DNA of 49,998 nt, taken from positions 1-49,998 of the IMG/VR virus record IMGVR_UViG_3300015360_001243; one strand, written 5' to 3'. The notes under the pieces are model-generated. The model saw nothing but the letters and a program-made list of their open reading frames with translations. It made no database searches and was not told the DNA's origin. The translations under genes were made by a program, and so were the position numbers. This document shows positions 41,227 to 49,998 of this stretch, one piece after another. The DNA is from a virus. Taxonomy: Duplodnaviria; Heunggongvirae; Uroviricota; Caudoviricetes. Within the stretch, counting starts at the first letter, position 1. Every line of letters begins with the position of its first letter.

Positions 41227-42345
41227 ATGGGTTGTTGGAATGAAACGTGCGGCATTACTCAAATGCCGATTTGTGGTGGCGATCCGGTCCGAATGTTTCT
41301 CCTTGTAGAGGCTGAGCATTGGGACGAAGGTGGTGCGCTTTACTACTCGACAGACCTTTGGAAGCCATTTGGTTTGCCCCTCAAGGGAACCTATGACGAA
41401 TACGGTCGTATTGAGAACATCGAAGAAGACGCTCTATCTGATTTGCTTTTGCAATCTCTAAAAGAAATTATTGTAGAAGTTCCTAATAGAATGGGCGACA
41501 TCTTCAAGCGTGAAGAATTGACCTGGGAAACGGCAATCGACTTCCTAACTGACGAAGGGTTGAAAGTAACTGACCCTAATCACATTAGTTTTATTGGTAA
41601 GAAGCTAGAAGATTTACTTGCTTCAATGAAGGAGAAGTTTCCTGATTTGCCAGATAATGGCTGGTCTTCAGAGAGATCCGACCTTTCCGAGCAACAGAAA
41701 AAAGTTGTCAAGGATGACCCTGCCGTAGTCCGCATGTACCATGTAATGGTGCATGAAGAGGTTTATCAGGCCTTGGTTAACTATAAAGTTCCGTCCACTC
41801 GCTTTAGTTCTTGGACCGAGGGTAACTTGCGAGCTGAGCTTGAATTAGGTGCACAAAAATATATTGCAGATGTTCGATCTGAAATGGATGCAGTCAAAGG
41901 AACTCCAGAAGTTGAGGCTACTATTCAGCGTATGACAAGACAGTTACGTCGATTTGATACTGGTAATCGTTTTGTTTCTGCTACAAATCATTTGACTGGA
42001 AACTATGGGTCCGGCGAATATCTTCGGAAGTATCTTGATTTTGTGGAGAAGCGAATCAATGAAGGCGCACCGGATGACGATGCGGCCATCAAGATCTTGA
42101 CAGATCAATTTATTGATTTCGTTTGTCTTAGTCGGGCAATGAGCCTATTGCGTAAGATGTGGCATCCGCAATGTGGCAAGGGCGGCCAGGACAGAGAGTA
42201 TGTTCTTCACAAATACTTGGGAGAAACTATTGCTGCATTTTCTGAAAAGAAGATGAAAGAATGGGATGAAGAGATGGCTAAATACGAAGATGAAGATGAG
42301 GATGGGGAGGAAGAAGATGTCCAAGACGAGCAAGTTTCCTCCTAA
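41227..42345 (+). CDS. Hypothetical protein with acidic tail
   Basis: MGCWNETCGIT..PI..GD.V start; 372 aa. Confidence 0.7.
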   Translation: MGCWNETCGITQMPICGGDPVRMFLLVEAEHWDEGGALYYSTDLWKPFGLPLKGTYDEYGRIENIEEDALSDLLLQSLKEIIVEVPNRMGDIFKREELTWETAIDFLTDEGLKVTDPNHISFIGKKLEDLLASMKEKFPDLPDNGWSSERSDLSEQQKKVVKDDPAVVRMYHVMVHEEVYQALVNYKVPSTRFSSWTEGNLRAELELGAQKYIADVRSEMDAVKGTPEVEATIQRMTRQLRRFDTGNRFVSATNHLTGNYGSGEYLRKYLDFVEKRINEGAPDDDAAIKILTDQFIDFVCLSRAMSLLRKMWHPQCGKGGQDREYVLHKYLGETIAAFSEKKMKEWDEEMAKYEDEDEDGEEEDVQDEQVSS

Positions 42346-43828
42346 AAGACCCGACAACTCTCACATCATTCAAGTAGCTCCCAAAAGAAATTGGTCCGAT
42401 TTTCAGAAAGATATCTTCCGAGATATCGCTAAGGGAACGGGCCATACGGTCGTTATTGCTCGTGCAGGATCCGGAAAGACTTCTACTATCGTAGAAGGTT
42501 TCAAGTATATTCCACGTGGTAAAAAGACGTTGATGGTGGCCTTCAATAAGTCAATCGCTGATGAGTTGAAGCAACGCGCTCCGTCCTATGTTGACGTGAT
42601 GACTCTACATTCACTTGGCTTTCGTGCTATCAAACAGAGTTTTGGCAATGTCATTCTAGAGAATGATAAATGCTCTACTTTGGTTAAGGATATCATTGGA
42701 GATGACTATGAGTTATGGGAGTTGAATCAAAACATCTGCAAATGCGTTTCTCTTTGTAAGGGATTCTTGTTTGACACCCCGGCCAAGATTGAAGATTTGA
42801 TTGAACGTTTTGGTATTGAAACTTTTGATTTAGACCGCCCTACATTCATTCAACATACTATCAAGGCTCTTGCTAAATGCAAAGAAACCAAGATGGTTGT
42901 CGATTTTGATGATATGATTTGGTTTCCCTTTGTCTTTAGGCTCAATGTCGGAAAGTTTGATGTTGTCTTTGTCGACGAAGCCCAAGACTTGAATGCGGCG
43001 CAGATTGCCATGGTCCTTTCAGCCGTCAAACCAGACGGAAGGATCATTGCCGTAGGCGACCCAGCCCAGAGTATTTATCAGTTTCGAGGGGCCGACAGTG
43101 ATGCTATCCCGAACTTCATTAACAAGCTTAAAGCAAAGACACTTCCTCTTTCGGTTACTTACCGTTGCCCCAAGAGAGTCGTTAAGCTGGCTCAAGAGAT
43201 TGTTCCAGACATCGAAGCTTTTGATGGAGCTGAAGAAGGTTTGGTTGCTGATCTCGATGTTCTAGAGCTTCTCAAGAAGGTTAGACCAGGAGATTTCGTT
43301 CTTTCAAGAACCAATGCTCCTCTCATCAAACATTGTCTCGCTCTTCTCAAATCTGGCGTCCCAGCTAATATTCAGGGGCGAGATATTGGGGCTAACCTCC
43401 TGTATTTCATCAAGAAATCAAAAGCAAAAACCATCAATGCATTCATTACTTACGTCAATACTTGGCGTGATAATGAGGTCAAAAGATTGATGACAGAGAA
43501 GAGAGATACGACCATTTGTATCGATAAAGCAGAATGTTTATTGAATCTTTCTGAGGGAATTCTTACAATTAAGGATCTCAAAGAAACAATCGAAAGCCTT
43601 TTCAATGATACTAATGACTCTGCTAAAGTTATATTTTCAACAACTCATAAGGCCAAAGGTCTCGAAAGAGATCGTGTCTTTGTTTTGGCCGACACCTACC
43701 GACAAAGAAACGGCGGAGAAGAAGCCAACCTCTGGTACGTAGCCGTAACTAGGGCCAAGAAAGAACTGTATCTAGTTAGAAAAGCTAGTAAATACACAGA
43801 GTATGATGATCCTCCTAAGGTAGTTTGA
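42317..43828 (+). CDS. UvrD/Rep-like SF1 helicase
   Basis: ARAGSGKT, DEAQD, GDPAQSIYQFRGA, THKAKGLE, YVAVTRAK; start moved to 42317. Confidence 0.92.
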   Translation: MSKTSKFPPKRPDNSHIIQVAPKRNWSDFQKDIFRDIAKGTGHTVVIARAGSGKTSTIVEGFKYIPRGKKTLMVAFNKSIADELKQRAPSYVDVMTLHSLGFRAIKQSFGNVILENDKCSTLVKDIIGDDYELWELNQNICKCVSLCKGFLFDTPAKIEDLIERFGIETFDLDRPTFIQHTIKALAKCKETKMVVDFDDMIWFPFVFRLNVGKFDVVFVDEAQDLNAAQIAMVLSAVKPDGRIIAVGDPAQSIYQFRGADSDAIPNFINKLKAKTLPLSVTYRCPKRVVKLAQEIVPDIEAFDGAEEGLVADLDVLELLKKVRPGDFVLSRTNAPLIKHCLALLKSGVPANIQGRDIGANLLYFIKKSKAKTINAFITYVNTWRDNEVKRLMTEKRDTTICIDKAECLLNLSEGILTIKDLKETIESLFNDTNDSAKVIFSTTHKAKGLERDRVFVLADTYRQRNGGEEANLWYVAVTRAKKELYLVRKASKYTEYDDPPKVV

Positions 43829-43855
43829 AACTACTCCATAATGTAGCATATTCAC

Positions 43856-45058
43856 ATGGTACGCTACAGAATGGTGGGCAGAGATGTTAATGCATTTCCA
43901 ACACAATATAGAGTTTGGGTTGTTGAGGATGAGCCTGATTTTGACGGGTATTACTATACTGGTCTAAAGTCGGGCCCTGAGCCATTTATTGATGTAGTTC
44001 CTTATGAAATAACAGACGACGGTTACGTCGTAGATTTTCTTCTACCAGAGCCTTTACACTGGCAGGGTGTTGAAGGAACTATGCCTGAGGCTGTAAATAA
44101 CAGTCAGCTTGCCATCATTGATGGGTACTCCTATTTGTTTGGTGGAGAGGGCAGCAATAGAATTCTACGTGCTGACATCAATAATCCCGCTGACTGGGAA
44201 GTTACCGAAGGCATCCTACCAACAACGCTTTCTGGTTCCAGCTTAGCAATTGTTGATGGCTACATCTATTTATTCGGAGGGAAAGGCGGGTCGCCTGACG
44301 AAGTCAGAGATACAATCTATTCAGCTCCAGTTGCTGATCCATTAACTTGGACTAATCATGGCAATCTTCTCCCTGAAGTAATTCAAAAATCATCTCTAGC
44401 TATTGTAGATGGGTACATCTATCTATTTGGCGGAGACGGATATGATCATGCCAGAGAGTTTATCTTCCGAGCCCCAACCACTAATCCACTAGCTTGGGTA
44501 GACACTGGGTCCACCCTACCAGTTCAGTTGTATGGCTCTCAGATTGCCATCATGGGCACCAAATTATACTTGCTTGGCGGATTGTTCTTACCCCTTTCAC
44601 CAACTAAGAATATCTATTCTGCTGATCTATCAAACCCATTGATATGGGGCATTGCCGGATCTCTTCCATACGCTTGTTGTTATGGACAATTTCTAACTAT
44701 TGGTGGTCAAGGGTTCTTATTTACTCAGGCTTCTGTGACAGTTACTCAGCCATATTTGACTAGAATTTTTCGTTGTGATTTGACTCAGCCAGTTAATTGG
44801 GTTGATACTCAGTCAGTTATACCTGGAGTCCTTACTCAATCACAATTTGCAATTATCTATGATAGGATATTTGCATTTGGTGGAAATGGAATCAGCCAGA
44901 TTTTCTGCTGTGATCAAACTATAAAGTACATTCCATCCAATGTTAGAGTTGTTGCTTATGGCGAGGTTACTAGAACTGAGTACGATGCAATCTCAGATCC
45001 ATTTGAGAAGACTCAATTATTAGGCTTTCCTTATTGGAAGACAGATTACGAATCCTAA
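43856..45058 (+). CDS. Kelch-like beta-propeller repeat protein
   Basis: Repeated LP..L..S.LAIVDGYIYLFGG...I..A...(N/D)P..W. Confidence 0.8.
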   Translation: MVRYRMVGRDVNAFPTQYRVWVVEDEPDFDGYYYTGLKSGPEPFIDVVPYEITDDGYVVDFLLPEPLHWQGVEGTMPEAVNNSQLAIIDGYSYLFGGEGSNRILRADINNPADWEVTEGILPTTLSGSSLAIVDGYIYLFGGKGGSPDEVRDTIYSAPVADPLTWTNHGNLLPEVIQKSSLAIVDGYIYLFGGDGYDHAREFIFRAPTTNPLAWVDTGSTLPVQLYGSQIAIMGTKLYLLGGLFLPLSPTKNIYSADLSNPLIWGIAGSLPYACCYGQFLTIGGQGFLFTQASVTVTQPYLTRIFRCDLTQPVNWVDTQSVIPGVLTQSQFAIIYDRIFAFGGNGISQIFCCDQTIKYIPSNVRVVAYGEVTRTEYDAISDPFEKTQLLGFPYWKTDYES

Positions 45059-45078
45059 TTTTTAGAATTAAACGTGAC

Positions 45079-45107
45079 TTGACTTTTGAACAATAAGACG
45101 TTATATT
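45079..45107 (+). promoter_or_regulatory. Sigma70-like promoter
   Basis: TTGACT-N17-TATATT; ATG 45114 follows within 7 nt, so the mRNA may be leaderless. Confidence 0.65.
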
Positions 45108-45113
45108 ACGCGC

Positions 45114-45596
45114 ATGGAAGACCGTAATTCGCCTGAAGCTATGGCAGCTCGTGCTAGCCAACCAGATCCTATTGTAATGTACCTTGTTGTCAGGGAGTCG
45201 CTAGGAATGGGGGTTGGCAAAACTGCCGCTCAATGTGCTCATGCATCTCAAATGTTGCAGCTCAAGTTTAATACTCTCGAAAAAGAGTTAGATAATTTCA
45301 AAGGATTAGAAGAGTCCTTTGGAAGTTTATCTCCAGCCGAAGCCGCCTCGTGGGCAGAAATTCACCCGCAGTATTATGTTTTTCAGCAGTGGCTAGATAC
45401 TTCTTTTCGCAAGGTAGTTCTTCGAGCAAGCGACCATCAATTTGAAAGACTGAAGAGTGAAGTTATCAATCATATCGTAGTAATCGATGCCGGTATTACT
45501 GAAATTGCACCAGGTTCTCAAACTGTTATTGGTCTTTGGCCAATGTATAGAAGTCTGGCTCCCAAATTCGTACAGAAACTACAGGTTTTGAAATGA
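45114..45596 (+). CDS. pth2: Peptidyl-tRNA hydrolase, Pth2 family
   Basis: YLVVR.SLGM..GK.AAQCAHA, KVVLR, DAG.TEIAPGS.TVIGLWP. Confidence 0.9.
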   Translation: MEDRNSPEAMAARASQPDPIVMYLVVRESLGMGVGKTAAQCAHASQMLQLKFNTLEKELDNFKGLEESFGSLSPAEAASWAEIHPQYYVFQQWLDTSFRKVVLRASDHQFERLKSEVINHIVVIDAGITEIAPGSQTVIGLWPMYRSLAPKFVQKLQVLK

Positions 45597-46144
45597 GGCT
45601 CTCACTTATTCTTGTTCTAGCATTGGTCGGCTGTCATGCCGGCCCCACTGTTTCATTAGATGAAGCTCAAAACTCTTGTCCCATGCCTCCGCCTCGCGTT
45701 TGCAATGGGGCCGAATGGGAGGTTCACTTTTCTCCTAAAGGCGGAACTACACAATCTCTTGTAGAGAGCATTAGTAATGCTAATGAAAGCATCTATGTTC
45801 AAGCCTATTCGTTTACTTCAGCCCCTATTGCGGAGGCTTTAGTTGCTAAAAGCAAACAAGGTAAACGTGTTGAAGTTTTACTAGATAAGAGCGATTTGAC
45901 TGGAAAGGGCACTCAAATTCACACTCTAATTCAGGGTGGCGTGACTGTGCTAATTGATGATAAACACGCTATTGCTCATAATAAGATTATTATCATCGAT
46001 AAAAAAACTGTCTTTACAGGTTCGTTTAATTTTACTAATGCTGCCGAAAACAGTAATGCGGAAAACAGTATTAAGTTAACCGATGCTAAATTGGCCAAAG
46101 TATATTTAGATAACTGGCACCTTCATAAGGTTCATTCAAAATGA
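45593..46144 (+). CDS. Single-HKD phospholipase D family nuclease (Nuc-like), predicted lipoprotein
   Basis: Lipobox LVGC; AYSFTS; HNKIIIID; TGSFNFT.AA...NAEN. Confidence 0.88.
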   Translation: MRLSLILVLALVGCHAGPTVSLDEAQNSCPMPPPRVCNGAEWEVHFSPKGGTTQSLVESISNANESIYVQAYSFTSAPIAEALVAKSKQGKRVEVLLDKSDLTGKGTQIHTLIQGGVTVLIDDKHAIAHNKIIIIDKKTVFTGSFNFTNAAENSNAENSIKLTDAKLAKVYLDNWHLHKVHSK

Positions 46145-46647
46145 ATATCTTTGCAGTTGATGAAAGCCCTAAAGAAGCGGCATATGCACTTTGCGATAAG
46201 CATGTAATTAAGATGATTCTGGAAAGTACTCAAATGCTTTCCACCGTCGCTCAGCTTCGTGGGTTTGCCGGCCCTTATAAGCCTACCCACGCGAAACATC
46301 CATGTACGCAATGGGTGGCTAGTCATCCAGCTAATTGGGCATGGTTAGTTCGACATGCGACTTTTATGGCTTACGAGTATAGTGACAGATATGGCAAGCG
46401 CCATAAATGTCATGATTTGATTGATGAGTTGGATTCTCGCTCATCCATTATTTGGGCCAACACGCAGTTTGAGGATCATTCAGATTACTATGCTGAACAC
46501 ACTCCTTTTGAGCAGTGTATGCCCGATCAATATAAGCGAGAAGATGCCATCGAGGCGTATCGTGCTTATTACATCGGCGAGAAAGCCAGATTCGCTACCT
46601 GGAAAATGAACAAACCTTCTTGGTTTCCGGAGATTCAACATGTCTAA
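46141..46647 (+). CDS. Pyrimidine-dimer DNA glycosylase/endonuclease V-like protein
   Basis: MNIF...AAYALCDKHVIKMILE..QML, YKPTH.KHPC. Confidence 0.8.
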   Translation: MNIFAVDESPKEAAYALCDKHVIKMILESTQMLSTVAQLRGFAGPYKPTHAKHPCTQWVASHPANWAWLVRHATFMAYEYSDRYGKRHKCHDLIDELDSRSSIIWANTQFEDHSDYYAEHTPFEQCMPDQYKREDAIEAYRAYYIGEKARFATWKMNKPSWFPEIQHV

Positions 46648-47509
46648 CGATTCACTTGGCGATAGAATGAAGTCCTACGAGGACTGTTACCGTACTCAAC
46701 TACCAATCCGCATGCCACTCATTCTACGAATTGACGGCAAGGCTTTCCACACTTATACTAAGGGCTGCAAGCGGCCCTGGGACTCCAACCTTGTGGAATG
46801 TATGAATTTGACTGCCATTGAATTGTGTAAACGAGTTCAGGGTTGCCAGGTTGCTTACGTTCAATCTGATGAGATTTCTTTGCTGATAACTAACTACGAA
46901 GATATCGATACTCAGTCTTGGTTCGATAATAACCTACAAAAGATGGTTAGTATTTCTGCGGCTCTTGCGAGCGTAACTTTCACAATGAACTCTCACCTTA
47001 TTTGGGTGCCTGAGAAGATTGATCCAAGTTGCGATCCTATGAGTGAATCTGATTTCAACAAGCCGGCCTATTTCGATAGTCGCGCTTTTGTCATGCCCAA
47101 GGAAGATGTCAACAACTACTTCCTATGGCGTCAGCAGGACGCAACCCGAAACTCAGTTCAAATGCTAGCTCGTAGCCTGTATTCTCACAAGGAGCTTGAG
47201 GGTAAGAACAACTCTGCACTCCAGGATATGTGCTGGTCTAAAGGCCAAAATTGGAATGATGTACCGACCTCTCAAAAGAGAGGTCGTTGTATCGTTAAAG
47301 TCAGCTCTGTCAAGGAAGGAAAGAACCCTAAAACGGGTGAAGTCTTCTCCGCAGAACGCTCTGATTGGGTTGTAGATAACGATATCCCCGTATTTTCTCA
47401 GGATAGAAACTATATTGAGAAATTCGTTTATCCTCTTAGAGAGGAAGTCGGTATTAAACCCGGCGAACTAGTTGGGATGTCAACGTTAGGACCGATTTAT
47501 GGAAAGTAA
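46640..47509 (+). CDS. Thg1-like 3'-5' nucleotidyltransferase (tRNA-His guanylyltransferase family)
   Basis: RIDGKAFH, YVQSDEISL, FDSRAF, WRQQDA.RNS. Confidence 0.92.
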   Translation: MSNDSLGDRMKSYEDCYRTQLPIRMPLILRIDGKAFHTYTKGCKRPWDSNLVECMNLTAIELCKRVQGCQVAYVQSDEISLLITNYEDIDTQSWFDNNLQKMVSISAALASVTFTMNSHLIWVPEKIDPSCDPMSESDFNKPAYFDSRAFVMPKEDVNNYFLWRQQDATRNSVQMLARSLYSHKELEGKNNSALQDMCWSKGQNWNDVPTSQKRGRCIVKVSSVKEGKNPKTGEVFSAERSDWVVDNDIPVFSQDRNYIEKFVYPLREEVGIKPGELVGMSTLGPIYGK

Positions 47510-48566
47510 TATTCCGCCCAGCATTACTAGTAAGATGGGGGAAACTCTCTACAAAACTGTAGGGCATCCTATTTGCACCGTCAAAGATATGGTTTTCGAG
47601 TATTTCGACGATCTTGCTAGGATTGAAATTGATAATCCATTAGTTCCTGTTGAATACAACTTCGACAGATTGCGCGTGCCCCAGAATCATCCTTCTAGAG
47701 CCCGTAGTGATACGTTCTACGAGAATGAGAATACGGTACTTCGTACCCATATGACCTGTTATCTATACCCGATGGGGAAATCAGAGACAGGTCACAGCCA
47801 ACTCAAGTACATTACATGCGGTGATGTGTATCGAAAAGATGCTATTGATGCTACACACTATCCTGTATTCCATCAAATTGATGCTTTCTGCATCGTACCA
47901 GATGGCGTAGATGTTAAACAAGATCTGCGCAATAGGCTATCAGGGCTTGTTACTCATCTATTCGGGCCAGATGCCAAGCATCAATTCTTAGAAGACTCAG
48001 AACATGAGGACGTTTACTTCCCTTTCACCGTGGATTCTCTTGAAGTGAATGTAGAATTCAAGGTTGAGGGGGTCGTTAAGCATCTTGAAATCCTGGGTGC
48101 AGGTACCGTTCACCCAGATATCATGAAGGATTTGGGTTTAGAGAATCATCAAGCTTGGGCTTTCGGCCTAGGTATTGAGCGTTTAGCTATGGTTATGTAC
48201 GATATTCCAGACATTCGTTTGTTCTGGAGTCGTGATTCTAGATTTCTTGACCAGTTCACGGCCGGGAAAGTCACTAAATTTAAACCATACTCTAAATATG
48301 AGTCTTGTTACAAAGATGTTTCGTTCTATAGTAGTCCTGAATTCAATTATAATGACCTTTGTACTATTGCTAGAGATGAAGATAAGGGCAATATTATTGA
48401 GTCAATTGTTCTACGTGACGAGTTTCATCATAAAGGACGGCTTTCTCATTGCTATAGAATGAACTATCGCTCTATGGAAGCTACTCTTAAAAATTCTGAA
48501 GTGGATAAAGTTCAAAAAGCTATTCGTAAAAGAATGGTTGATGAACTTAAAGTGGAGATTAGGTAA
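47499..48566 (+). CDS. Single-chain, mitochondrial-type phenylalanyl-tRNA synthetase (catalytic domain plus FDX-ACB)
   Basis: LRTHMT, GDVYRKDAIDATHYPVFHQ, EILGAG, AFGLGIERLAM..YDIPDIRLFWS.D.RF, then KDVSF...SHCYRMNYRS. Confidence 0.9.
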   Translation: MESNIPPSITSKMGETLYKTVGHPICTVKDMVFEYFDDLARIEIDNPLVPVEYNFDRLRVPQNHPSRARSDTFYENENTVLRTHMTCYLYPMGKSETGHSQLKYITCGDVYRKDAIDATHYPVFHQIDAFCIVPDGVDVKQDLRNRLSGLVTHLFGPDAKHQFLEDSEHEDVYFPFTVDSLEVNVEFKVEGVVKHLEILGAGTVHPDIMKDLGLENHQAWAFGLGIERLAMVMYDIPDIRLFWSRDSRFLDQFTAGKVTKFKPYSKYESCYKDVSFYSSPEFNYNDLCTIARDEDKGNIIESIVLRDEFHHKGRLSHCYRMNYRSMEATLKNSEVDKVQKAIRKRMVDELKVEIR

Positions 48567-48865
48567 TGGGAGTTGATTTTTACGCCTGTGAGAATTGTGG
48601 GGAAACCTTCTGTGATGCTGGATACTACTTCCGTTGTGAATGTGGTAGTCGATTTTGCTCTGATGTATGCGGAGATAAAAAACTGATTCAAGCAGAATCC
48701 GAGGATGAAGTTTGCGATGACGAATACTTAGATGAAATCAGCTCTTGCATTTTCTGTAGAGTTGAACAGGTATGTGATGCGGACATGGTTCGATTTTTGC
48801 TTAAGAAATTGGGCTTGACACACGAGCACGCGGTGGATATCTTTAGGGAAGAGACTAAGGATTGA
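48566..48865 (+). CDS. Cys-rich hypothetical protein
   Basis: CENC, CECG...CSDVC, CIFC. Confidence 0.65.
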   Translation: MGVDFYACENCGETFCDAGYYFRCECGSRFCSDVCGDKKLIQAESEDEVCDDEYLDEISSCIFCRVEQVCDADMVRFLLKKLGLTHEHAVDIFREETKD

Positions 48866-48869
48866 TGCC

Positions 48870-49998
<1,129 letters not shown>

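Overview
This window looks like part of a large (jumbo/huge) bacteriophage genome. Genes are densely packed, mostly short and almost all on the + strand, with bacterial Shine-Dalgarno sites and sigma70-like promoters. ORFs fit the standard bacterial code. The phage assignment is an inference from gene content, since no hallmark capsid or terminase gene is recognisable here. RNA genes: a type-A RNase P RNA (1847-2335) with a 131-nt structured insertion in P12, 15 tRNAs with encoded CCA grouped largely by amino acid, and 2 degenerate tRNA-like elements. Translation and tRNA maintenance: EF-Ts, a mitochondrial-type single-chain PheRS, a minimal 211-aa HisRS core, a Thg1-like protein, Pth2, two short RNA-ligase-type nucleotidyltransferases and a 2H phosphoesterase. 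NAD/ADP-ribose kit: NAMPT, NMNAT-Nudix, two ADP-ribosylglycohydrolases and a NADAR-like protein. DNA functions: SF1 helicase, RNase HII, LigA (partial), HNH proteins and a pyrimidine-dimer glycosylase-like protein. Best candidates for an undescribed system: (1) a compact, apparently pseudoknotted ~280-nt ncRNA (1554-1834) that displays a 7-nt-periodic AGC repeat array directly behind a DIP1984-like coiled-coil gene; (2) a J-domain-kinase / vWA / divergent pyruvate-kinase barrel / ATP-grasp gene block (12019-15840); (3) a CCG-anticodon tRNA built on a Gln-like body, plus the minimal HisRS and Thg1-like pair. All family calls come from recognising motifs by eye; no database search was run.
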